A stretch of 61,146 nucleotides of DNA from Flavobacteriales bacterium. Lineage in GTDB: Bacteria > Bacteroidota > Bacteroidia > Flavobacteriales_D > UBA2798. Below, in pieces: positions 8,438-18,240 of this stretch. Below the pieces are notes generated by a model. It saw only the letters and a program-made list of their open reading frames with translations, did not search any database and was not told where the DNA came from. Positions within the stretch are counted from its first letter, which is position 1; every line of letters starts with the position of its first letter. Where the stretch lies: contig JBKBUQ010000002.1 of NCBI GenBank assembly GCA_046289975.1, positions 1-61,146 of the forward strand, given 5' to 3'. A program made the translations under genes and the position numbers.

Positions 8438-10135
8438 ATGACACCACTACGACGGTTCTTTCTTCTTGTTAAGCCTGAGCGACGCGACATCTTTCAGATC
8501 TATCTCTACGCGTTGTTTTCCGGTATGATCTACCTTACCCTGCCATTAGGTATTCAGGCCATCACGTCTTTTATCATGACCGGACAGCTGAGTACATCCT
8601 GGACTGTTTTGGTAGTGATGGTTATTCTGGGGATTGTTCTTTCGGGAATCATTCAGGTGTTTCAATTGAGTTTGACTGAGAGCCTCCAACAAAAGATATT
8701 TGTCCGAGCAGCATTCGAATTTGCTTATCGGGTTATTCGCTTCAGGAAGGAGTCGCTCCGGGGTTATTACCCGCCGGAACTCATGAATCGCTTTTTTGAC
8801 GTCATTCAAATCCAGAAGGGCTTGTCGAAAATCCTCATCGATCTGTCTTCCTCATCCCTTCAGATTGTATTCGGATTATTACTTCTCTCCTTCTACCACC
8901 CTCTTTTTATCGCGCTTGGTTTTGTGCTCATCCTTGTGCTTTACGGAATCTTTAAGATATTAAGTCCGCGCGGATTGTCCACCTCATTGAGGGAATCCAC
9001 ACACAAGTACGCAGTAGTTCAATGGCTTCAGGAACTCGCCCGCGTAAATGACACCTTCAAACTTGCAGGTCGTACCGATCTTCCGTATGATCGTATGGAC
9101 ACCCATGTGAAGCAATATGTGCAATCGCGCAAGGAGCACTTTAGAGTGCTGGTGTGGCAGTATTTTACCATTATCCTTTTTAAAACCGTTATTACCGGTG
9201 GACTCTTGATTCTGGGGAGTATTCTTGTGGTGAACAATCAATTGAATCTTGGTCAGTTCATCGCTGCTGAAATTCTTATCGTAATGGTGATGCAAAGTGC
9301 AGAAAAACTGGTTGTGTCGCTAGAGTCGGTATATGATGTAATCACTGCGGTTGAGAAGATTGGTTTGGTCACTGATTTGGAAATGGAATCGCTCGATGGA
9401 GTAGATTTTAAAACCGCTGAAGATCCTGATGGAATTCAAATCGAATTGCGCAACCTTACATACGGATACCATGCGGAAGAAGCCGTTGTGTTAAATGACC
9501 TCAATTTAACCATAAATGCAGGGGAGTTTGTTTGTATTTCCGGAGTTCACCATGCCGGAAAATCAACTCTCGTTCAGTTAATGGCCGGTTTGTTTCAGGA
9601 TTTTCATGGCAATGTTTTGTATAACGGATTGCCATTGCGGAGCATTCATCTGGAATCTTTGCGTTGTTACATCAGCGATTCTCTTTCGCAGGAGGAGTTG
9701 TTCATAGGAACCGTTTATGAGAACATCTGCATGGGCAAAACAAACATAAGCGAACGACGTGTAATGGAAGTTGCGTATGCAATCGGTTTGGGTGATTTTT
9801 TGAAAGATCTGCGTGAAGGAATTCAAACCAAAATTTTACCGGGAGGAAAGAAGTTTCCAAAGAGTGTAGTGCGAAAAATAATTCTCTGTCGTAGTCTTGT
9901 GGATGAAACCCGCTTATTGCTGCTTGAAGATATTCTGCTGCATGTTGATCCCTCCGAGCGAGACAGATTATTTGCGCTTGTTTTTGACAAGACCAGAAAA
10001 CGAACCGTTGTTGTTGTTTCTAATGATAACCGTGTTGCTGAATTGTGCGACAGGGTAGTAATAATGGAAAAAGGCCGGATCATTGATCAGGGACCGTTTT
10101 CATCGTTGAAAAAGTACAATTCTATATTTGGATAA
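8438..10135 (+). CDS. ABC exporter (fused TMD-NBD, HlyB-like without C39 peptidase), with non-canonical NBD motifs
   Basis: The N-terminal six-helix TMD begins MTPLRRFFLLVKPERRDIFQIYLYALF. The NBD has GVHHAGKST (Walker A) and SQEELF (Q-loop), but LPGGKKF in place of LSGGQ and LLLLED in place of hhhhDE. The track ORF starts at GTG 8399; ATG 8438 is preferred. Confidence 0.8.
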   Translation: MTPLRRFFLLVKPERRDIFQIYLYALFSGMIYLTLPLGIQAITSFIMTGQLSTSWTVLVVMVILGIVLSGIIQVFQLSLTESLQQKIFVRAAFEFAYRVIRFRKESLRGYYPPELMNRFFDVIQIQKGLSKILIDLSSSSLQIVFGLLLLSFYHPLFIALGFVLILVLYGIFKILSPRGLSTSLRESTHKYAVVQWLQELARVNDTFKLAGRTDLPYDRMDTHVKQYVQSRKEHFRVLVWQYFTIILFKTVITGGLLILGSILVVNNQLNLGQFIAAEILIVMVMQSAEKLVVSLESVYDVITAVEKIGLVTDLEMESLDGVDFKTAEDPDGIQIELRNLTYGYHAEEAVVLNDLNLTINAGEFVCISGVHHAGKSTLVQLMAGLFQDFHGNVLYNGLPLRSIHLESLRCYISDSLSQEELFIGTVYENICMGKTNISERRVMEVAYAIGLGDFLKDLREGIQTKILPGGKKFPKSVVRKIILCRSLVDETRLLLLEDILLHVDPSERDRLFALVFDKTRKRTVVVVSNDNRVAELCDRVVIMEKGRIIDQGPFSSLKKYNSIFG

Positions 10136-10138
10136 GTC

Positions 10139-11500
10139 ATGCTGAATATCTCTCCAAAATCCATATCAGGCAAGATCGATCCGTCGAAATTTAAATCCTT
10201 CGCAGCCATCGGACAATATCCTTTGGCGCGCCGTATTTTATTGTGGCTTACTATCATTTTCGGAGTGTTTTTGTTGTTTCTGTTTTTACCCTGGACACAA
10301 AACATATTGGCTACAGGACAAATCACCACCCTGCGTCCGGAACAACGTCCGCATACCATTCACTCCACTATTCCCGGTCGTATTGAGAAGTGGTACGTAC
10401 AGGAAGGTCAGCATGTAGACCGAGGTGATACCATTGCATTCATTTCGGAAATAAAAGACGACTATTTCGATCCGAAACTATTACAAAACACCGAAGATCA
10501 ACTGAAGGCGAAAGAACAGAGCATTGATTCCTATCAATCGAAAGTGAATGCCTTGAACAAGCAAATTGATGCGCTAAATGAAACCCTGATCCTGAAACTG
10601 GAACAAACACGAAATAAAATTAAGCAGGCAGAACTGAAGCTGAAAAGCGATAGTATCGATTACGAGGCGTCCATCACCAACTTCACGATAGCAGAGCAGC
10701 AATACAATCGCTACATCGATTTGAAGGAGAAAGATGTGATTTCTCAAACTGATCTGGAAGGACGTAAGTTAAAATTTCAGGAAGCCATGGCGAAAAAGAT
10801 TTCAGCCGAAAATAAGGTCCTGGCTTCGCGCAATGAATTGCTGAATTCCAAAATCGAGTTGAATACCATCGAAACAGAATACAACGACAAACTGATGAAA
10901 GCAGAGTCGGATAAGTATTCGGCCATCTCTACGGTTTTTGATACGGAAGCAGCTGTTGCAAAATTACAGAGTCAGTTTTCGGGTTATGCCATTCGCAGCG
11001 GGTATTATTTTATCACCGCACCACAAGATGGATATGTTACCAAAGCACTTACTACCGGAATTGGTGAAACCATTAAGGAGGGAACGCCTATTGTAAGTAT
11101 TATGCCTTCCAAATATGAACTTGCCGTGGAAGTTTTTGTTGAACCTATGGATTTACCGTTGCTCGTATTAGGTCAGCCGGTACGACTGGTCTTTGACGGT
11201 TGGCCTTCCTATGTATTCAGCGGTTGGCCTGGAGCTTCCTTTGGTACTTTCGGCGGAAAGATTGTTGCAGTAGATAATCTCATGAGCGATAATGGAAAAT
11301 ACCGCGTGCTGGTTAGTCCCGACAATAACGATGAACCCTGGCCGGTTGCCTTGCGTGTGGGAACAGGTGCACGTGGAATGATGTTGCTACAGGATGTACC
11401 TGTCTGGTATGAATTATGGCGGAAGCTGAATGGTTTTCCGCCGGAGTTTTATCAGCTTTCAAATCCTGCAAATGCAAAGAATAATGAGAAGAAGAAATAA
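10139..11500 (+). CDS. HlyD-family membrane fusion (periplasmic adaptor) protein
   Basis: It has a single N-terminal TM, a long coiled-coil region and a beta-barrel C-terminus. It starts 3 nt after the ABC gene stop. Confidence 0.85.
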   Translation: MLNISPKSISGKIDPSKFKSFAAIGQYPLARRILLWLTIIFGVFLLFLFLPWTQNILATGQITTLRPEQRPHTIHSTIPGRIEKWYVQEGQHVDRGDTIAFISEIKDDYFDPKLLQNTEDQLKAKEQSIDSYQSKVNALNKQIDALNETLILKLEQTRNKIKQAELKLKSDSIDYEASITNFTIAEQQYNRYIDLKEKDVISQTDLEGRKLKFQEAMAKKISAENKVLASRNELLNSKIELNTIETEYNDKLMKAESDKYSAISTVFDTEAAVAKLQSQFSGYAIRSGYYFITAPQDGYVTKALTTGIGETIKEGTPIVSIMPSKYELAVEVFVEPMDLPLLVLGQPVRLVFDGWPSYVFSGWPGASFGTFGGKIVAVDNLMSDNGKYRVLVSPDNNDEPWPVALRVGTGARGMMLLQDVPVWYELWRKLNGFPPEFYQLSNPANAKNNEKKK

Positions 11501-12902
11501 TCTTTTCGTTGGTATTCTTCTGCTTCTTTTCTCTACGGATCTGAAGGCGAACGACTCATTGAAACTTAGCTTTAATGATTACATGGGAATGGTGGTACGC
11601 TTTCATCCCGTTGCACGTCAGGCCACATTACTCAGCGATCAGTCGCGCTACAACCTCATGATGGCGCGTGGAAATTTTGATCCCACTCTCGGTGCAGATT
11701 TCAGTAACAAATTTTATTCCGGTACTCAGTATTACGCTTTACTGAATACACTCGCTACAGTTCCCATTTGGTTTGGTCCGGAAATTAAAATGGGATTCGA
11801 TCAATCGCAGGGAGCTTATGTAAATGCAATGGATCAAATGCCGGCAAGTGGGTTGCTTTATGCGGGAATAAAAGTGCCCCTCGCTCAGGGTTTACTCATC
11901 GATCACCGAAGAGCAGCTGTGATGCAGGCACGGATTTTTGAACGTGCAAACGAACAGCAACAGCAGCTTATTCTCAATGAATTGTTTTATGAAGCATCCA
12001 AGTGTTATTACGATTGGATGCTATATGATCAGAATGTGCTTGTGTATCGAAACGGTGTTGACCTCGCACGGCAACGGTTGAATTTTGTGCGGTCGCTTCA
12101 CGCTGTAGGAGAGCGCCCCGGTGTTGATACACTGGAAGCATTTATTCAGTTGCAAAGCCGTCAGATGTTGCTGAACGAAGCCGAATTGGTTTCTAAAAAT
12201 CAGAAACTTGTTTTGTCTGTTTTTCTCTGGGGAGAAGATATGCTTCCGATGGATTTGCGTGATGATGTTCGTCCGGACCGTATTGATCTTTCATTGATAA
12301 AATCCGTTTCCCCTGCAGAGGATCAACGAGGAATGGACACCTTGAACACTTCGCATCCTGCCATGATGTTATACGGTTATAAGCTGCAGGATCTTGAAAT
12401 TGAGCGCAGGTATAAAACCGACAAACTCAAACCTAAACTTTCAGCTCAATACAACTTTTTGGGATACCCCGTTTCCGGTAATGATTTTCCGGTTTTTTCC
12501 ACCGAGAATTATAAATGGGGACTCCAGTTTTCCTTCCCTGTATTCCTTCGCCAGGAACGCGGTGCAATAGGCTTGACCAAAGTAAAAATTCAGCAAGCAC
12601 AACTCGATCGTGATCTTAAGAGTATGGAACTTATGGTAAAATGGAGATCGGCCTATAATGAGCTGTTGTTTTTACGTGAGCAGATGCAGGTGGCCGAATC
12701 CAACCTGGTGAATTATCGTCGCCTGCTCGATGCAGAGCGCATGAAGTTTGTTCAGGGAGAAAGCAGTCTGTTCATGATCAATGCACGGGAGGTAATGGTT
12801 ATTGAAACGGAAGTGAAATTCAATGAGATCCGCGCCAAGTATTTCAAGAGTTATGCTGCTTATCGTTTTGCTTCCGGATTTGCCAATCGAATGAATCCAT
12901 AA
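11484..12902 (+). CDS. TolC-family outer membrane efflux protein
   Basis: The signal peptide MRRRNNLFVGILLLLFSTDLKA starts at an internal Met, overlapping the hlyD-like stop. The body has the two-repeat alpha/beta TolC-like composition. Confidence 0.8.
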   Translation: MRRRNNLFVGILLLLFSTDLKANDSLKLSFNDYMGMVVRFHPVARQATLLSDQSRYNLMMARGNFDPTLGADFSNKFYSGTQYYALLNTLATVPIWFGPEIKMGFDQSQGAYVNAMDQMPASGLLYAGIKVPLAQGLLIDHRRAAVMQARIFERANEQQQQLILNELFYEASKCYYDWMLYDQNVLVYRNGVDLARQRLNFVRSLHAVGERPGVDTLEAFIQLQSRQMLLNEAELVSKNQKLVLSVFLWGEDMLPMDLRDDVRPDRIDLSLIKSVSPAEDQRGMDTLNTSHPAMMLYGYKLQDLEIERRYKTDKLKPKLSAQYNFLGYPVSGNDFPVFSTENYKWGLQFSFPVFLRQERGAIGLTKVKIQQAQLDRDLKSMELMVKWRSAYNELLFLREQMQVAESNLVNYRRLLDAERMKFVQGESSLFMINAREVMVIETEVKFNEIRAKYFKSYAAYRFASGFANRMNP

Positions 12903-12912
12903 AACAAACACC

Positions 12913-13227
12913 ATGATTCAGTTTAACATGATTACCAAAGACAAGCACGTGAGCGAAGGAATTGCGGATATGATGCTCAGAGGGAAATACACTACGGATC
13001 TTCGTTTGGAAGAGATGGTTCAGCTGGAATGGGATGATGCATCACAAAGCAAAAAGGAAGTGGTTTTTTTTCGTGTTACCTGCATAATGCGCTCTTTGTT
13101 GTTTGCCACATTGGTGCATGAGGTAACAGAAGTTTACGGGCCTGAACCCCGCATGTTTTCATTTCCGGTAATACAAATCGAAGAGGACTGGGCCAATGAA
13201 GTCCGTCAGAAGACGCGTAAAAACTAA
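12913..13227 (+). CDS. Hypothetical protein
   Basis: A 104-aa ORF directly after the TolC gene on the same strand. No motif was recognised. Confidence 0.35.
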   Translation: MIQFNMITKDKHVSEGIADMMLRGKYTTDLRLEEMVQLEWDDASQSKKEVVFFRVTCIMRSLLFATLVHEVTEVYGPEPRMFSFPVIQIEEDWANEVRQKTRKN

Positions 13228-13664
13228 ACTTCTTCTTTCATCCAGGTGTGGTCGGCGAGTAAGCGCACTTTCGCAAGGAAGGCTTTGAATTTACGAGAGC
13301 GCCCCCATTCGTTCGGACCGATCATGGAAAGGATGTGTCCTCCATCTTCCGTCTCGTACAGATAATACGCATCCCCGATGAGTGGAGCAAAGTTCATTTT
13401 AGCCTGATAAATTTTCAGGGATAGTTCTTTGCGCTCCTTGATTACCTGTGCTTGTTGAGCCAGTAATTCGATCTGTCGCCGGATTTGCTGCAGTTGCATT
13501 TCAGTCTGATCTTCCATCGCCGATAGCGAGCGGCTTTTGATCACACTTTCTTTTGAGGTTTTTATTACAGCGCTCCCTCTGTGATGCGCATAGGGAAGCG
13601 ATCCCGGTGTTTCCGTGATGTTATCCTTATCAATCGGGTTTTGAAACTCTTCAGGGTCCTGCAT
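13224..13664 (-). CDS. Hypothetical protein (possibly DUF2452-like)
   Basis: A 146-aa ORF convergent with the previous gene, with a coiled-coil central region. The family assignment is from memory only. Confidence 0.4.
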   Translation of the reverse strand: MQDPEEFQNPIDKDNITETPGSLPYAHHRGSAVIKTSKESVIKSRSLSAMEDQTEMQLQQIRRQIELLAQQAQVIKERKELSLKIYQAKMNFAPLIGDAYYLYETEDGGHILSMIGPNEWGRSRKFKAFLAKVRLLADHTWMKEEV

Positions 13665-13752
13665 AAAGCAAATTTACGGTCAAATGCCTTAATGGCAATG
13701 CTTGTAGGGAGAACAATAATTCGGTTGACTTGTTGTAACTCCTACTGCCTTT

Positions 13753-14016
13753 ATGCAAGCACAAACCGACCGTATCATCGAAATGGCATGGGAAGATCGA
13801 ACACCGTTTGAAGCTATTGCTTTTCAGTTCGGTATATCCGAAAAGGATGTGATCACTCTCATGCGAAAGCATTTGTTGCCCTCATCGTTTCGCATGTGGA
13901 GAAAGCGTGTTGCAGGTCGAACAACCAAGCATGCCAAATTGCGCTCCTTTACCGGAGGGCGATTTCGTTGCAGCAGGCAGCGAGCTATTAGTTCCAACTT
14001 AATTTCGAAACGCTAA
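13753..14016 (+). CDS. TIGR03643 (DUF2805) family protein
   Basis: DRIIEMAWEDRTPFEAIAFQFGISEKDVITLMRKHL...FRMWRKRVAGRTTKH matches the conserved core of this small family. Confidence 0.7.
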   Translation: MQAQTDRIIEMAWEDRTPFEAIAFQFGISEKDVITLMRKHLLPSSFRMWRKRVAGRTTKHAKLRSFTGGRFRCSRQRAISSNLISKR

Positions 14017-14288
14017 TGCCCAAGGTGCGAATACAGCAGCATGAACTGGAATGCAGAACCGGAGAAAACCTCCGCGAACTTCTGGTTCGTTTTGATTTGG
14101 TTCCTGAAGCCGGGTCGCAATGGGGCACTTGCAAGGGTGCTATTGGTTGCGGCACATGTAAACTCAAGGTAAAGGGAATCATAGCTGCCTATGAAAAAGA
14201 GCAGGGATTGGTAGTAAAGGAACTGAATAACGAACAAATCTATTCCTGTAAAGCTCGTGTGATAAGCGATATAGAGATTTGCGGATGA
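14016..14288 (+). CDS. (2Fe-2S) ferredoxin-like protein
   Basis: The Cys pattern is C-x5-C-x2-C (CKGAIGCGTC) plus a distal SCKARV, as in adrenodoxin-type 2Fe-2S domains. Its start overlaps the upstream stop (TAATG). Confidence 0.55.
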   Translation: MPKVRIQQHELECRTGENLRELLVRFDLVPEAGSQWGTCKGAIGCGTCKLKVKGIIAAYEKEQGLVVKELNNEQIYSCKARVISDIEICG

Positions 14289-14376
14289 AACTTCCTTCCA
14301 TTGATTAACGCAGTTCGCACACTTAATAAATCCTTCACATTGTATCTGTCCGATTTCTTGCGTACTTTGTAGAGTA

Positions 14377-14796
14377 ATGGGCAAAATAAAGCTGGAAATG
14401 GAATATGATTACGATTTCGATCTTGTCGGAATCAGTTGTCATGCTCCGGATTACAGATTGTGCTGGGCAATTAATCAAAAGCTGGGAATCGGATTGCACA
14501 AGCGTGATGCACTGCATGTGTTGAGCGACAGGAAAAAATCAACCGAAGATCATTTTTCAATCTACGAGTATTTCATTGAGGAAGATCATATCGAGTACTA
14601 TCTTCTTCCCAATAAAAGCAATTCTGCTTACCTGATTCCTGAACAGAAAGCAGCCGACTATTTTTTAATCCTTCGCAACAATTTTGCGGTGGATCTGCCC
14701 GAGCTTATTGTGCAGCTAAAATCAATTGAAATGGTGATTGCCGCCTTCAGTATACAGGCCGAAACTTTGAAATCACGCGAGAACCTGCTATTTTAG
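14377..14796 (+). CDS. IPExxxVDY family protein
   Basis: It has the DFDLVGISCHAPDYRLCWAINQ N-terminus and an IPEQKAADYFLIL motif. This is a Bacteroidota-specific family. Confidence 0.7.
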   Translation: MGKIKLEMEYDYDFDLVGISCHAPDYRLCWAINQKLGIGLHKRDALHVLSDRKKSTEDHFSIYEYFIEEDHIEYYLLPNKSNSAYLIPEQKAADYFLILRNNFAVDLPELIVQLKSIEMVIAAFSIQAETLKSRENLLF

Positions 14797-14815
14797 AACT
14801 TAAATACGATAAACA

Positions 14816-16264
14816 TTGAAAACATTACACCCTTTTATCCTCGAAAAAAAGACCAAAATTGTTGCTACGCTCGGACCTGCATCTTCTTCAAAGGAAGTAT
14901 TGCTGGAGATGATGTACAATGGAGCAAATGTGTTCCGGATTAACTTTTCACACGGGGAATACGAAAAGCACGAAGCCGTTATTGCCACCATTCGTGAATT
15001 GATGACCGAGACCGGTATTCATGTTGCCATTCTTGCCGATTTGCAAGGACCCAAACTACGCTGTGGTGAAATGGAAAACAACGGTGTGTTACTGGAAACA
15101 GGACAGGATTATATTCTCAGCACCCAAAAAGTTGTAGGGAACAAAGAAAGAACTTACATCACTTATAAGGAATTTCCGTTCGACGTAAAACCCGGTGAAA
15201 GGGTGTTGATGGACGACGGTAAACTGGTGTTTGAAGTAACAGGCACCAACGGTAAAGACGAAGTATATACCAAGGTGATTCAAGGCGGTGTACTTGGGTC
15301 CAAAAAAGGATTGAACTTACCCAATACCAAAGTTTCATTGCCTTCGCTTACCGAAAAAGATAAAGCAGATCTTGAGTTTGCCCTTGAGAAGGATGTGGAC
15401 TGGATCGGACTTTCATTTGTTCGTGAAGCGCGCGATATTATTGAGTTGAAACACATCATTGCCTCGAAGCAGAAAAAGGCAAAAGTGATCGCAAAAATTG
15501 AAAAACCCGAAGCTCTTGAGGAAATAGACGATATCATTCATGAGTCGGACGGTCTAATGGTTGCTCGCGGAGATTTGGGAGTGGAGATTCCATTGCAGAA
15601 TGTTCCGCTCATTCAGAAAATGATCATTCGTAAATCACTGTCTCAGGGCAAGCCGGTAATTGTGGCAACCCAGATGATGGAAAGTATGATCACTGCAATG
15701 ACACCATCACGTGCTGAGGTGAACGATGTTGCCAACGCTGTTTTTGATGGTGCGGATGCAGTAATGCTTAGCGGTGAAACTTCAGTTGGAAAACATCCGG
15801 CAAAAGTGATTGAAACGATGAGCAAAATTGTAATGGAGGCTGAAACATTTGAGGGAATTTACCACAAAGAGTCTATTCCTAACGATCCAACAAATGAGCG
15901 TTTTATTACCGACAGTATTTGCTTTAACGCAACACGTCTCGGACAACGGGTTGGTGCTTCGGCAATTATTACCATGACACATTCCGGGTACACTGCATTC
16001 AAAATTTCGAGTCAGCGCCCCAAAGCAAAAATTGTTGTATTTACCGGAAACCGAAAAATGCTCGAAACACTTTCATTAGTTTGGGGTGTTACGGGAATTT
16101 ATTACGACAAAATGGTGAGCACCGATCATACTATTGCTGATGCAAAATACATGCTCAAAAAACTCAAGCTTGTAAACGAAGGTGAATTGGTGATTAACAT
16201 CGCCTCGATGCCAATTGAAGACAACGGGAAATCGAACATGCTTAAGTTAAGCAGGGTAGAGTAA
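14816..16264 (+). CDS. pyk: Pyruvate kinase (apparent TTG start)
   Basis: KTKIVATLGPAS, FRINFSHG, MVARGDLGVEIP and ATQMMESM motifs, 482 aa. Its 3' end overlaps the convergent phhA by 23 nt. Confidence 0.95.
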   Translation: MKTLHPFILEKKTKIVATLGPASSSKEVLLEMMYNGANVFRINFSHGEYEKHEAVIATIRELMTETGIHVAILADLQGPKLRCGEMENNGVLLETGQDYILSTQKVVGNKERTYITYKEFPFDVKPGERVLMDDGKLVFEVTGTNGKDEVYTKVIQGGVLGSKKGLNLPNTKVSLPSLTEKDKADLEFALEKDVDWIGLSFVREARDIIELKHIIASKQKKAKVIAKIEKPEALEEIDDIIHESDGLMVARGDLGVEIPLQNVPLIQKMIIRKSLSQGKPVIVATQMMESMITAMTPSRAEVNDVANAVFDGADAVMLSGETSVGKHPAKVIETMSKIVMEAETFEGIYHKESIPNDPTNERFITDSICFNATRLGQRVGASAIITMTHSGYTAFKISSQRPKAKIVVFTGNRKMLETLSLVWGVTGIYYDKMVSTDHTIADAKYMLKKLKLVNEGELVINIASMPIEDNGKSNMLKLSRVE

Positions 16265-16955
16265 CCCGGTATTCTGCAAATGCATTGAACAATTGCTGAG
16301 GTTCTTTCAGTATGAAATAAAAATCCTGATGGCGGTCGGTAAAGAATCCGGTCGCCATTATTTTTTCAAGCGAAAACGTCCAAAGATCTCCTTCATCACA
16401 TTGTAGTGCAGCTTTACTTTCTCCAAACGAAGAAGCGAGTCCGGCGCCGAAGATTTTTTGCTTTCCACCTTCCCGTACAAGACCGAACTCTACCGTGAAC
16501 CAATACAGTCGTTGTAACGAGATCACCTGATCGGGATTGTTCATTCCTGCCTTACCGAATTGTTCCATAAAATCGGCATACTCCTTTACCGCCAGCATAG
16601 GAATATGTCCGAAAACATCATGAAACATATCGGGTTCTTCAAGATAATCGAGCTGATTTTTCTTCCGCAACCAGGTGGAAGAGGGGAATCTTCGCCGGGA
16701 GAGCAGGCTGAAAAAATTATTTACGCTGATCAGTCCGGGCACAACTTCTATGCTCCATCCGCAGAGGTTGTACAACAAAGTATTCAGCCGATCAAAATCG
16801 GGAATAGCAGCGGCATTTAATTCGCTACGCAAGCGATGTAGCCCCTCACGAAAATCCGTACAAGCATTCTCCTCCAGGTGTGCAATCTGTCGGCTGAACA
16901 AAATCGACCATACTTCCTGGTCTTCTTTGCTGTAATTACTGTAATTCTGTTTCAT
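16242..16955 (-). CDS. phhA: Phenylalanine 4-hydroxylase (aromatic amino acid hydroxylase)
   Basis: It has the iron-binding PDMFHDVFGHIPML motif and YWFTVEFGL, with the length of the bacterial single-domain enzyme. Confidence 0.9.
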   Translation of the reverse strand: MKQNYSNYSKEDQEVWSILFSRQIAHLEENACTDFREGLHRLRSELNAAAIPDFDRLNTLLYNLCGWSIEVVPGLISVNNFFSLLSRRRFPSSTWLRKKNQLDYLEEPDMFHDVFGHIPMLAVKEYADFMEQFGKAGMNNPDQVISLQRLYWFTVEFGLVREGGKQKIFGAGLASSFGESKAALQCDEGDLWTFSLEKIMATGFFTDRHQDFYFILKEPQQLFNAFAEYRVTLPCLT

Positions 16956-17175
16956 AGGTTTAGTTTAAAAACAAAAAACCCCGACACGCTGGCCGGGGTT
17001 GGTTGGTTATGAATGAAAATGGATCACGCAACCTGACTCCGGTAGGGATAGGTAGAATAATACAAGGATGAAAGCAGGTGATTCATATGGATGCAAACAT
17101 CGTTCATCGGAATTTTACCTCCAAAAGTTGTAAAGGAATTTATTACGCATATATTTGGGAAAAGTCCTACGCGAT

Positions 17176-18225
17176 ATGATCATCAATGTAAAATTACTTA
17201 AGCAAATCTGCGAAGTTCCGGGCGCTCCCGGTCGTGAACAATTGGTTCGCGAACTCGTCATGAAACAGGTCAAAGGCCATGTTGATTCCATCGATATTGA
17301 CAACATGGGAAATATAACTGTAGTAAAGAAGGGAAAGAAAAGTGATCGTAAGGTGATGATTGCGGCGCATATGGATGAGATCGGATTTATGGTGAACCAT
17401 ATTGATGAAAAAGGATTTTTGCGCTTTGTTCCACTTGGAGGATTTGATCCTAAAACGCTTACCGCCCAGCGCGTGATCGTACACGGGAAAAAGGATCTCA
17501 TTGGGGTGATGGGTTGCAAGCCTATTCATGTAATGAGCGCATCCGAACGCGAGAAGGTGGTTCCTCTTACCGATTATTTTATCGATATGGGAATGACCAA
17601 AAAAGAAGTAGAGAAGTACATTTCTGTTGGCGATGTGGTTACCCGCGAGCGTGAGCTTATTGAAATGGGGAATTGCGTAAACTGTAAGTCACTCGATAAC
17701 CGTCTTTCTGTTTTTATTTTGCTGGAGACTTTGCGCGAATTAAAAAATCCTGCGTATGATGTTTACGGCGTATTTACGGTTCAGGAGGAAGTAGGTATAC
17801 GTGGAGCTAGCGTTGCAGCACTTGCTATTCAACCTGATTTTGGATTCGGACTGGACATCACCATTGCCTACGATGTGCCGGGGGCAAAGGCGCATGAAAT
17901 GATCACTGAACTCGGCAAGGGAACAGCCATAAAGATTATGGATTCAAGCGTAATCAGCGATTACCGCATGGTGGAATTCATGAAAAAAACAGCCGACAAA
18001 CACAAAATAAAATGGCAACCTGAAATTCTTCCTGCCGGAGGAACAGATACTGCAGGCATACAGCGAATGACAGCAGGTGGAGCAATCTCCGGCTGTATTT
18101 CCATTCCGTGCCGACATGTCCATCAGGTGATTGAGATGAGCGATAAGGATGATATTCGCGGTAGTATTGATTTGCTGAAAGGATGTCTAACCGATCTCGA
18201 CAAACACGATTGGAGTTTTAAATAA
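17176..18225 (+). CDS. M42 family metallopeptidase (FrvX/aminopeptidase-endoglucanase-like)
   Basis: LLKQICEVPGAPGRE, AHMDEIGFMV and VQEEVGIRGA motifs. ATG 17176 is preferred over the TTG at 17155. Confidence 0.85.
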   Translation: MIINVKLLKQICEVPGAPGREQLVRELVMKQVKGHVDSIDIDNMGNITVVKKGKKSDRKVMIAAHMDEIGFMVNHIDEKGFLRFVPLGGFDPKTLTAQRVIVHGKKDLIGVMGCKPIHVMSASEREKVVPLTDYFIDMGMTKKEVEKYISVGDVVTRERELIEMGNCVNCKSLDNRLSVFILLETLRELKNPAYDVYGVFTVQEEVGIRGASVAALAIQPDFGFGLDITIAYDVPGAKAHEMITELGKGTAIKIMDSSVISDYRMVEFMKKTADKHKIKWQPEILPAGGTDTAGIQRMTAGGAISGCISIPCRHVHQVIEMSDKDDIRGSIDLLKGCLTDLDKHDWSFK

Positions 18226-18240
18226 ACGAACCACACACAA

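Noticed and set aside
16242-16264. A 23-nt 3' overlap between the convergent pyk and phhA genes
   Set aside because: The overlap is real in the ORF coordinates, but short convergent overlaps are common. The last residues of phhA may simply be non-conserved tail, so no special mechanism is implied.
16956-17154. A possible SRP (4.5S) RNA or tRNA in the phhA/M42 spacer, and a scan for tRNAs in the other long spacers
   Set aside because: There is only vague resemblance (CTGACTCCGG...AAGCAGG) to the SRP domain-IV consensus. No acceptor or T-arm (GGTTCRANNCC) pattern was seen in any intergenic region. Only the terminator-like hairpin is reported.
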